From assembly GCA_051294375.1 (NCBI GenBank), contig CM119265.1, positions 5,002,352 to 5,066,351 of the forward strand: a stretch of 64,000 nucleotides of DNA, given 5' to 3'. The notes under the pieces are model-generated. The model searched no databases, was not told the origin of the DNA, and worked only from the letters and a program-made list of their open reading frames with translations. Of the stretch, positions 23,065 to 38,889 are shown piece after piece (the stretch's first letter is position 1; every line of letters starts with the position of its first letter). A program made the position numbers and the translations under genes. The stretch comes from Paraspadella gotoi. Its lineage: Eukaryota > Animalia > Chaetognatha.

Positions 23065-26000
23065 ATGGCACAGCAAAACAGGTATATTTAATATAACTAC
23101 TCCTTGTCCGTTCGCGAGTGCCACCAAAAAAATTGTTACTATACATTAAATATTTAATAAATATAATTAATAACTATATCATTAGTTGGAGAATAACTGG
23201 ACGTTTTTTGTATATAAGTTTCATTTACTATTATATGTTTAATTTTTGATCTAACACAGTAAAATTGGCGAAAAAAGACCATTTTAAGCGTCTTCTTGAT
23301 TGCATTAAAAAAAATTTTACATCATCAGAAATCCCTATCAATGCTCTAATCATTCGTAATGTTTATAAATTGTTGTGTAATAATTTTTTATTTATTTTCC
23401 ATTAAGAAAAAAATGCTGTATTAAGCATGTTCTTGACTGTCTTGAATAATTATTTTATATCGTAAGATTTCTAAGTTAATGCTTTATTTAATTGTGTAAA
23501 TGAATTTTAATAATTTTAAGTAATTAATGAGTATTTAATTTATAATGATTTTTTTTTAAAAGATTCAATTGTTTTACTGAAGATGAAAATGGATGACCAT
23601 TAAAGAAAGGTTGTTTTACATAAGTAAATATTGAAGAGACATTAATTATTGCTGTTAGTGAAAGAACCGTTCTATGTAAGCAGTCCCGGAGCTTTGGATC
23701 AGACTGTAACACCGTGCTACAGGCGGGTTAAGCGCCCCATCCCTCTTAACTGCTAGGCGACCACCGGGCCCGAACCCCGGACCCCTGGGCTGGGAGGCGA
23801 ACGACTTGCCTCTGGCACCAATGGCCGCTGATGAACAGTTGGTGGATTTTAGTCCACCATACATCCCCCCTCCCGTAGGGAGAAGTCTGTTGGGTCTCTT
23901 CAGTGAATTGTTGTTGGTGGAAAGTTCATCATCAAGTTGCGGCTTGTCGCCTGATGTGTTGTTTGCGGAAAGTGCATTGCCAGGTTGAGGCATGTCGCCT
24001 GAAAGTGTTGTTGTTGTGTTCAGAAGTCGGGCTCACCAATGAGAGTAATTATTGTTGTGTTAGTGACAGAACTGTTCTATGTAAGCAGTCCCTGAGCTTC
24101 GGATCAGGCTGTAACACTGTGCTACAGGCGGGTTAAGCGCCCCATCCCTCTTAACTGCTAGGCGACCACCGGGCCGGACCCCTGGGCAGTGGGCTGGGAG
24201 GCGAACCACTTGCCTCCGGCAGCAATGGCCGCTGATGAACGGTTGGTGGATTTTAGTCCACCATAATATAAAATTAATTTTATGAAATTAAAATATAATA
24301 AACGTCCAGTACTTTTCTATAAAATTTTAAAAAATATTCATCCAAATACGCATTTTTTTGGTGTCGCTTGTGAACGGACATGTAGTATAAATTGCGCCAA
24401 TGGTCCTAAAAAATTAAAAATCATACCTTTTTAAAGTGCTATTCATCTTTTTGCGGGTGGCATGGGTGGAACAGTTGGGGCCATAGCAACATGCCCCTTG
24501 GAGGTGGTCAAAACTCGTCTGCAATCATCCTCAGCCAATTTCAGAGTAGTAACGTTGAATCAACAGCCCAGGTAAATTTGATAAACTAATACAAAATGTA
24601 GTGAGATTTTAAAATTAACACTCATTTTCAGCGCCTTCACTGGAGTCGGAGCTTTACAATCTCAGAAGCAAATGGGACTGATCTCGTGTATAAAGAACAT
24701 AGTCGAAGTAGAAGGTGTTCAAACGAAAGAAATATAATTTTTGTTTATATATTTCAATAGATTTGGCCAAATCCTGCATTTTTTTATATCTTAACTTGTT
24801 TCAGGTGTTCGTGCACTTTGGAAAGGCCTCGTTCCAAATCTCGTTGGTGTAGCACCGTCACGTGCAATCTACTTCTATGCTTACCACAACAGCAAATCCT
24901 TCCTAACTGGACAAATGTCGATTCCAGAGTCCTCATACGTCCACATGGCGTCTGCCTTCTGCGCAGGATTTACGGCCTGCTCTTTAACGAACCCTATATG
25001 GCTGATCAAAACGCGCGTACAGCTGGACCGCAGTCGTTCGGCTACCGGCTCAAAGTTCACCGTCCTACAGTGCATAAAACTAGTATACAAAGAATCCGGA
25101 CTGAAAGGGTTTTACAAAGGGATAACCGCTAGCTACTACGGAATATCAGAAACTGTCGTGCATTTCGTTATTTACGAAGCATTGAAAAAAATCATCTTAA
25201 ATAGAAACCAAGAACGGGAAGGGAGAAATCCAGATGAAAAAAGACTAAAGGATTATTTCATGTTCATGGTCGCCGCCGCTTGTTCCAAAACGAGCGCCTC
25301 TACTATTTGTTATCCACACGAGGTAAATTCGTTTTCCATCGCTCCTCACAACAGAACCATTGGCTAAATTTTACTTTTGCCGACCACGGTTATGGCGGCT
25401 TTTGAAAAATCATTTAAAAATCTTTATTTTAAAAAAAAATTATTTAATTACCCTAACCTTAAACCCTCTTAACCCTAAACCCTCTTAACCCTAAACTACC
25501 CCTAAATTACTCTTAACCCCCTACATTATTCTTAACCCTAACCCTTACTTAACCCTAACCCTTACTTAACCCTAGTCGGCGAAAGTAAAAGTAACCCAAA
25601 CACAATCATATTATAGTGTACATATTGTAGGTACATTCATAGTGTACCTATGATAATAAAATTGTGAATGCTTTCTTTTGTTGTATTTAGGAATTTGTTT
25701 GAGGGGAAAAAATTTATATTTTTAGTCGGATCTGCTTTCTGCAGATCCCGACTCTATAATTCATTTCCGTCGGTCGGTCCGCCCCCTCAATCTTGTCGGG
25801 CATTTATTTATATCATGTCAGAACATCGAATTATGATAAATGATGCAAAAAAAAAGATGTCCGTCCATCCGTCCGTCCCACCTTAGCAAAAAACACCAAT
25901 TACTCGTGATTGGATGGATGGATTGGAATGAAATTTTGTGTGTGGGTAGGGAAGTGTGTGATTGAGCTGAATATGAAGTTTCGATGGAATCGTCCGAGTG

Positions 26001-27723
26001 GAAATGAGTTTAAGTGGAAAAAACAAAAAAATATATTTTACTATTTGAACACCAATTACTCACGAGTGGATGGGCCGATTGACTTAAAATTTTGTATTTG
26101 GGTAAAAATATGTGTGATTAAACTGGAAATCAAGTTTCGATGGAATCGTTTGAGTGGAAATGAATTTAAATGGAAAAAACAAACCTGTTTCACGAATTGA
26201 TTATACTTCTTTTTTTTATTTTAAATGTAAATACAAGATGTATTAATTAATCAAATAATTAATCAGTTAATTAATTAGTCAATTAATCAATAATTAATTA
26301 ATAAGTTAATCAATCAAAACCAACATTTTGGATCAAATTAATTAATTGCATAATTTATTAAATAATTACCTTGAATAAATTAATTATTAATTAATTAACA
26401 TGAATTAATTATTAATTAATTACCGATAATGATCGTGGGCAGATCCGACATTGTTTGCTCAAACTTGTTTTACTACTTTTAAATTATTTTTAACCCTAAC
26501 CCTTACCTAATCCCGGTCGGCGAAAGTAAAAGTAACCCGAATACAACGCCTTGTAGTGTACCTATGATAATAAAATTGTGTGAATGCTTTCTTTCGTTGT
26601 GTTTAGGAATTTGTTTCAGGGAAGAAAATTTTTATTTTTGTTTACAAACAACGTGTTTTAATAGAAACAATTATTTACTTACAAGCAAGTCGAAATATAT
26701 CCGTTAATAATTGTTTCTATTGAAACCGTTATTTTTGAACAAAAATACAAATTTTCTTCCCTCAAACAGATAATAAAACTGAAATGTTGAAACTTAAAGG
26801 TGGCGAGAACAAGACTAAGAGAACCAGGAAGAAAATATCGTCATTTCTGGCAAACGTTGCATACTGTTTTTACGGAAGAAGGAATTAGGGGCATCTATCG
26901 AGGGCTTGGGACCCAACTCTTGCGGCAGATTCCCAACACCGCTTTTATGATGGCTACCTATGAAGGTAAATATATAGGCGCTACACAATTCAATTGTACC
27001 GATGATTACAGAAGGCTACATATTATAAAATGAGGTACCCCTTTTTTGTGACCAGAATCAGTTCCCACCAAACTACCTGATCGAGTTTCATGAAATTTAA
27101 TGACAATATAAATGGAACTATCGAGGCGAATTTTGATATTCAACCCCTGACAAGAGATAAAGGGCCCTGGGGGTGGACCTCTGGGGGGCCAAAAAAGGGA
27201 AAAAATTTTTTTTAAATGTTTTAACATTTTTAGTAGCATCAGCTGATATCATTAACTGTTCTCCTTTTTATTCTCCATTTGGTTAAATTTAATAATATTT
27301 AATGTTTTGTAAATTTGAAATTGTTGTTTATAAAGGGCTGAAGATAGCAATACCAAGAGTTTAATTTGCTTATGGCAGATTTAAAATTTTTAAACTATAC
27401 CCCATTTAAAGAATAATTTTTAATGGTTATTAATTTTTTTTTTTATCTTTTTACTCATTTTATTTATGATTTATTTCATGCTTTTTACTTCATGTTTATT
27501 CAATGAGGTTTCATTATTAGTAAAAATAATTCTTGTTGTGATTATAGATCAATTAACTTCTTCCAGGTATTGTTTACCTGCTTGGAGGAAAGACCGAAGC
27601 TTCTGAAATGCGAAAAAAGTATCATAAGTTGCAACCAGCAGAAAATGATACTAGGAAGGTTCAATATTCACAAGATACTTCACACAGAGAACCTTATTCG
27701 GTGTCTTCAAATATTAATTCAAG
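23065..27723 (+). CDS. SLC25A36: SLC25A33/SLC25A36 (Rim2-like) mitochondrial pyrimidine nucleotide carrier; C-terminal exon(s) uncertain, possibly extending to ~29690
   Basis: [37 protein letters not shown]; [20 protein letters not shown]; [12 protein letters not shown]; [12 protein letters not shown]; three carrier signature motifs. Confidence 0.9.
23095..24388. mobile_element. Old TIR DNA element in SLC25 intron 1, into which the TRIM inserted
   Basis: Imperfect inverted ends ACTAC..TGTCCGTTCGCGAGTGCCACCAAAAAAA and TTTTTTTGGTGTCGCTTGTGAACGGACATGTAGT, plus inner ACTGGACGTTT/AAACGTCCAGT. Confidence 0.55.
23632..24265 (-). mobile_element. Full-length family-A TRIM: 5' LTR 24265-24040, PBS 24038-24026, 178-bp internal region, PPT, 3' LTR 23861-23632; twister fold in both LTRs (24159-24084, 23754-23679)
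   Basis: TSD ATAT on both sides; PBS TGGTGAGCCCGAC; PPT GGGAGGGGGGA followed by TG and then TATGG. Confidence 0.9.
25719..26470 (+). mobile_element. DINE-1/HINE-like element flanked by a ~150-170-bp direct duplication
   Basis: Inverted repeat GTCGGATCTGC...GCAGATCCGAC; (TCCG)n; two internal tandem units; 25545-25720 is repeated at 26490-26640. Confidence 0.55.
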
Positions 27724-27954
27724 GTTAATACTAATATTTTAATTATTTTGTTTGTAAATCAGTTTTATGTATTAAAATATTTATTACAGTAATTAAGCTG
27801 TTCCAAATTACATTTTAGATGTGCCGTTACCGTTTCAGTACCTGGGGCGAAACCTCTGCACCAAACCTATTCCACGCTGGCTTTAAGCGCAACTGCAGGT
27901 AGATTGACCCATGGGATTTATTGACTTTATAAGAAGTTAACAATAACCAACAAG

Positions 27955-28697
27955 ATTGGCAACTGAAGGATTCCCTGGGATACCCGGGTCGCGCTGGGTA
28001 TCTCACCAACTGGCGTCGAGGATGCGGACCCTCAGTGACCACCTCCTGTCACTGGCATGTTTGGACCGGCTCCATCACATTTAAGCCAGAACCGGGATAC
28101 CCAGGGATTGAACCCGGGACACATGGTTGTAATGAGATTATTTAGCCTGCTCACCCTGCTCAGCCATTGAGATGAGGCTGAGGAATGAGGATGGACAGCA
28201 GCGAGGCAGCTTTAAGTCGTGCTGCCACAGGATGCCCTCACCAGACTTCTTCCCAGGGGCCTCAATTCTGAGGAGATGTCTGAGAGAAGGTGTTGAACTC
28301 ATTGTCATAGCGAGAGCGAGGGAATCTGGAGTGTTACCAGAGAAGTAGGGCATAGGCATGATATGCATTGCATACCCTGAGCAATGTAAGCGTGGGCACA
28401 CAGTGCCCAAGTGGTTGTGCGTTTTATAGCAGGGCTCACCACTTATAGCAATGGAAGGATTGCCTGTGATACCTGGGACGCAGGGTATCTCACCAACTGG
28501 AGTAGGGGCTGCAGACCCTCAGTGACCGTCTCCTGTCAGTGGCATGTTTAGACCGGCTCCGTTATATTTAAGCCAGAACCTGAATACCCAGGGATTGAAC
28601 CCGTGACACGGTTGAAACGAGATTATTTAGCCTGCTCAGCCATTGAGACAAGGCTGAGGACCGCAGGAGTGAGGCAACTTTAAGTCGTGCTGCCACA
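27955..28697 (-). mobile_element. Older family-B TRIM: LTRs 28697-28444 and 28229-27955 with tRNA-like A/B boxes and twister folds (28576-28497, 28089-28010)
   Basis: Direct repeats start TGTGGCAGC; the 5' LTR ends GCTATA, then AG and PBS TGGTGAGCCCTGC; A-box TGGCTGAGCAGG; B-box GGTTCAATCCC. TSD is degenerate (CAAG/CAAT) and the PPT is weak. Confidence 0.75.
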
Positions 28698-30520
28698 CAA
28701 TTCAATTTTCTCATGGGGACGTATTTCTTGATGATCACGTGACTACACAAAACAGTACACACGTATGAAACATATTTTCATAAGCATCTTCTTTTTATCG
28801 CTTCTTTTTATTCACTAAAATAATGAAATATGACATGAAATAAACAGCATTGACTTTCTGATCACTTGACCTGATTTTTTCGTGGTCACGTGACTATATA
28901 CCAATAAAGCTTAATGATACCTCGCCCCGCTGAGAATTATTAACTAAAATAATTCGGTATTTGGTCAATCTTATTGTATTTAATTTTTGGAATTTCACGG
29001 AAAGAGCTTTGCCAAGAGCAGGACGTACCCTGCCGACACTCGTCTCGGCGATACGTTCGGACTTGAGAAATTTAGAAAGCGACTTTTTTTAATTTTAGCC
29101 GGTTAGACGAGATAGAAGTCTCGTATCTGAAGCGTCTTTGCCTATCTTCGCTACGGAGCGTTAGTATTTGGTCCAATAAGTGGTTTAAACCGGGCGTCAG
29201 TTCGGATTTACCCAAGGTTGGCCTTGTCTGCCAAGAAGTCTGGCAAGAAGTCTTATAGCACGATTGAGACTACCGCGGATTACTCATTACTCATGTTGGT
29301 ATCAAATTTTTCTGACAGGAAAACTTTGGTCTATGACAAACGAACCCTAAAAAAAAACGGATCATACCGGACCTCGTAGGGGCTGACCAAAACAATGAAA
29401 TCTCGAAAGAAAAAAGCTAAAAATAGGAACAACAAATGTTCTGACCTTAAGTAGTTTCTTAAGTTGTTTTAATTACATTATTGTCCGACATTCGCGTAAA
29501 TTATTATTGTTAAGTTCTAATATTCTTACTTATTAAAGTTGATTATTTCCTTTAGGAACAACTAATGGAATAATAACAGTATCGACTGATACCGTTCATA
29601 CAAATAAACAAAAGGCAATCAACAAAGTTGATGATGAATCCGATCTTGAAAATGCAACTTGTGAGCACGAAGAGGAAGATTTTTGACTTTTGTCGATAAA
29701 TTGCTTTTACAATTTAATAATTAAAATGTTTTTATTTTTTTAAATTTTCTGTTTGTGTTTATGTATATAGACATAAGATCATTTCATAAGTTGCCAAAGA
29801 ATTACACGAAGTTGATAACAACTTTGAACTTACATTATTTTCTGCGCCTGAGATTTACTTTTAAATTGTTCCAGTTTCTATGACTTTTTCGCTCAAAAAA
29901 TGTTTATTTAATATTCATTGACATTTTGATTTATAAATTGAGTAAATTGATGTTTACTTTAACGTCGAAGATTGATGATTTTAATTGATTAATCAAGTCA
30001 ATAACATTAGGTAATTTTCATGTGTTTCTCATACTAGCTACACTCCCAGTAGAAATAAAATTCATCACAACGATATAAATATTGAATTTATGAACGTTGT
30101 CAAACGGCTCAGTAAGTAGCATAAATCGCATGTGATACTCCGAGAGCGGGGCATCTTACCGGTTTAGGCACTCCCCGAAAGATTTTAAAATAATGTATTT
30201 TAGCCCGTTGCGTCGCCTTAACTAAGAGCCTTTATTATTCTACGCATTAAAACAATTTAAGTGTAAAAAGTAAAACTTATTCCTTCCTGATATAACGGTG
30301 GACCAAGTATTTTTTTTTTTTAATTTTGGGTTATATTAACCTAGATTAGGCAGTAGGCGATGGAACAATAAATGAAAGTATTAAATTATTCGTAGACCAG
30401 AAAAAAAAAAAACTGCGGAAACGAACATTGATTACAACTTTTTGTCGCATTTTAATCGTATATATTTTTGGCATTAATTTGTTTCCGTGTTGATGATTCC
30501 TAAAGGAACCTTTAGTTTGA

Positions 30521-35797
<5,277 letters not shown>

Positions 35798-36539
35798 CGG
35801 AAGTTGCGGGGGGTGAATGAGGCGTACCGCAGCTGAGGAGATTCCACGCGAAAAAAGTCTAACTTTAAACGGTAATGTTAATGTAATGTAATGTTAATGT
35901 TCTCTTTTTTCTCTCTTTCCGTAAGTTATACTTGATTACAGAAAATTTTTACTTTGTATGTAAATGGTTAATGCAGAAAATTACGAATTATTTAGTTTAG
36001 GAATCAATTAATTGATTGTGAATTAATTGACCAAAAGAAGGAGTTTATTAATTATTTTTTTCTCAAAATATTTCATTTTTTTTCTACCAACCTATAATTC
36101 TTTAATAATGTTTATCTCGTTTATTTTAATCATTTAGTTGTTATTTAGTCAATTGATTTCTTTTTAGTAACAATTCCTTTATTTAAAAAAAAAAAATCCA
36201 ACCAGGCGTCACCTAAGAGAGATGCCAAAATAGTTAGGTTCTGAATCTTTGACGCTAACGACGACGAGAAGCGCGAGCGCGCACCAGAGAGAGATAGACT
36301 GAGAGAGCGCGCGAGAGAGAGTCTGTTTTTTTCTTATCGAGTTGTGGCGGCTATGATAGCGACGATGAAGACGAGCCGTGGGGTGGGGGCGTTTGAAGTC
36401 GGATGAAGTCGAAAACGAAAAGCGTCAAAGAAATCCTTGAATAATAAGAACAACAAAATGGGGAGGGTGAGGTTGATTTTACATCTTCATCTTGAAGTCA
36501 GTCAATCTTGTTGAGAGGTCGTCTGCAAAAATAGCAAAT

Positions 36540-36679
36540 TGTGGCGGCATATTCACACCGCCTCACATCCACCATCGTTCAGCCAATCCCGTTGGCAAAG
36601 CGAGTCCGTCCTAGGGTAACCGAGCCAGTGACAGGAGGCGTCACTGAGGGTCGGAAGCCCCCAACCCGGCTGTTCCATA
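36540..36679 (+). mobile_element. Family-C 140-bp solo LTR with a variant twister-like fold (36591-36665)
   Basis: TGTGGCGG...TTCCATA termini with perfect TSD AAAT; TAA CCG A GC, P3 CAGTGAC/GTCACTG, P4 GGG/CCC with loop TCGGAAGC. Confidence 0.7.
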
Positions 36680-36822
36680 AAATAACTGATACATTTGAAA
36701 TTAGGTTTCCGTTGTTTTTTTTTTAAGCCGTTACTGTGTATCGTTATTTTATTAAAGTCGCAGGACTCTAAAACTATAAATTATGCAAAAAACAATTTGA
36801 TGCCTTCCTCCCGCCAAATGTA

Positions 36823-37367
36823 CAGTCATGTGAAAAAAAATCGCGCCACTTTATTTCAAACATTAAAAATTACCCTATTTCCTTAAATTAAAAAAAAAAA
36901 ATTAAAAATTAATAAAAGTTTATTAAAAGATGATAAGTTTGGTATAAAATTTATTAAAATAGGAACATCCGTTTATGAGCAGTGATTTTACTCTACCGCA
37001 AAGCTGAACGTAAAAAAATTTTGTATTTTTTATGGTAGATTAAAAATAAAAAAAATTATACTGAATATCTGAAAAGATAACTGAATAACTGGATTGCCCT
37101 AAATCCTTAAATAATAATCATAAAGTTATTGAAACATATAATGAATGATAGATCCATAATACTAAAGCTTTTAAATAAAAGTTAATTTTCTTTTTTGGTT
37201 TAAGAATACTCAAGTTTAAAAAAATTATATCTCTTAAACCACTTAACCAATTGTAATTTATACATATTCATTTTTTTTCATTTTTTTTATATGATTTTTA
37301 AAAATATTTTTATAAAGTATCTGGAATTTAAAGTTATAAAATGGCGCGTTTTTTTAGCACAAGTGTG
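36823..37367. mobile_element. Tc1-like MITE remnant
   Basis: TA|CAGTCATGTGAAAAAAAATCGCGCCA ... TGGCGCGTTTTTTTAGCACAAGTGTG|TA imperfect TIRs. Confidence 0.55.
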
Positions 37368-38062
37368 TAACCAAATATAGAATGTGAAAAAATTTTTTTA
37401 AAAATAAAGCGAGGAAAGCGCCAGTCAAGCCGTTGAAATTGAAGAACGCGCACTGCACCCGACCTTAAATTTTTATCGATTTAACTCAGCTATTCCCGGT
37501 CGACCAGCTCACAGCTGACTAAAAATATTGATTGCTAATAAAGTAAAAATTTTATTTATTTATATAGTTTTTAATTCTTATGGTTTAGGTTCAAAAAGCA
37601 ACAAAGTAAGCACTTTACTATGAGACTGATTTTTTTAGGATTCCAAAATTTTGATATTGCAAAAAAAATTTGAAATTCAAATTAGCAGTTTTAAAGGTTC
37701 CATGATAGCGTTTACGGATCCGTAGGAATAAAAAGGGCAGGTATTATCGGCAACAGAAAGAAAATAGAACAAGAACCTACAAGCTTAAGGTGTTGCGCCG
37801 CAGTAAATTTATTTTATTCAGACATTTTTTAAAAATTTAACAATAATTTAATAACAAAAATAATAAATATTTTATCGTTTTTTATTTTTATAAAATATTA
37901 ATTTAATTATGTAAATAATGTAATTATGTAATGTTATGTATTTAACCATATAGACTTTATTTATATAATTTAATATTTATATGATTATATAATTATGAAT
38001 ATAAGTAAGTATAAGTATAAGTATTTGTAACAAATATTTGAAAATATATATATTATTGTATT

Positions 38063-38296
38063 TATGGTGGACTAAAATCCACCAACCGTTCATCAGCGGC
38101 CATTGGTGCCGGAGGCAAGTCATTCGCCTCCCAACCCAAAGGTCCGGGGTTCTAGCCCGGTGGTCGTCTGGCAGTTAAGAGGGACGGGGCGCTTAACCCG
38201 CCTGTAACATGGTGTTACAGCCTGATCCGAAGCTCAGGGACTGCTTATATTGAACGGTTCTGTCATTAACATTTATCAATAATTATTGTTTCTTCA
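38063..38296 (+). mobile_element. Family-A solo LTR (234 bp) with intact twister fold at 38170-38245
   Basis: Perfect TSD TATT; TA...CA termini. Confidence 0.9.
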
Positions 38297-38478
38297 TATT
38301 CTTATTTTTATTATTTAATCATTTAATTATATTTACAGGTGATTATATAAATTACATAACTAGTGATGCTAGTGCGGAGTACAATAAGTATTCCCCGATC
38401 TAATACTTAAGGGAGTGGTCTTTTCATACAATTGAAACATTCTTTGAAATATTTTCCACTTCATTGATAGGGAAGCCT

Positions 38479-38667
38479 GGTACTCTGGGAGTGAATAAAC
38501 GAGACTGTGAGAGAGTCTTGATTGAAAGCTTGCAGGGACCTGCTATGTCATTATCTTGTAAGAGTGATGGAGGCCTTAAACCACCAAAGCCTGTCCAAAG
38601 TCAGGGGCAAGATAGCTTATTTATTGAATGAATGGATAATTTTTATATTGGTTGTACCAATTTCATA
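38479..38667 (+). repeat. Family-E repeat, best copy; internally deleted copy at 41322-41424, minus-strand end fragment at ~35100-35145
   Basis: Copies share a common 3' end and have variable 5' ends. Confidence 0.8.
38552..38614 (+). ncRNA. Candidate 63-nt type-P5 mini-twister ribozyme (family E)
   Basis: P5 TATCTTG/CAAGATA; P2 GT/AC; GA; T1 TGGA/TCCA; T^AA at 38577/38578; T2 AC/GT; C-AAA-G in place of P3; P4 CCTG/CAGG with loop TCCAAAGT. Confidence 0.8.
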
Positions 38668-38827
38668 ACTTTATAAATATAAAAAGTATAAATTTAGGCT
38701 ATTAAATAATGATTAAATTTATATAATATTACCTTAATTATATAAATTTAAATTAAAAATAGAATTAACAAGCAGATAGAGGGACCGACCGAAAAGTGAC
38801 TTTTAGTAATACTATAAAGGGAAAAAA

Positions 38828-38889
<62 letters not shown>

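Noticed and set aside
23655-24136. ORFs over the TRIMs (23655-23993, 23903-24136, 45646-46066)
   Set aside because: No gag/pol motifs, and reading frames are not preserved between copies.
24230-24265. Hammerhead from CTGATGA on the antisense strand of family-A LTRs
   Set aside because: No GAAA after the adjacent hairpin and no stem I or stem III.
25450-25575. Telomere or interstitial telomeric array
   Set aside because: The repeats are degenerate and enclosed by the inverted ends of a dispersed element that also occurs at 6593.
28030-28060. HDV-like ribozyme from ACCTCCTG
   Set aside because: No P3 closure or P1 partner; the opposite strand fits twister P3.
38503-38550. Hammerhead in the 5' part of family E (CTGTGA...GAAAGC...GCTA)
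   Set aside because: The core is not CUGANGA and stem III is only 2-3 bp.
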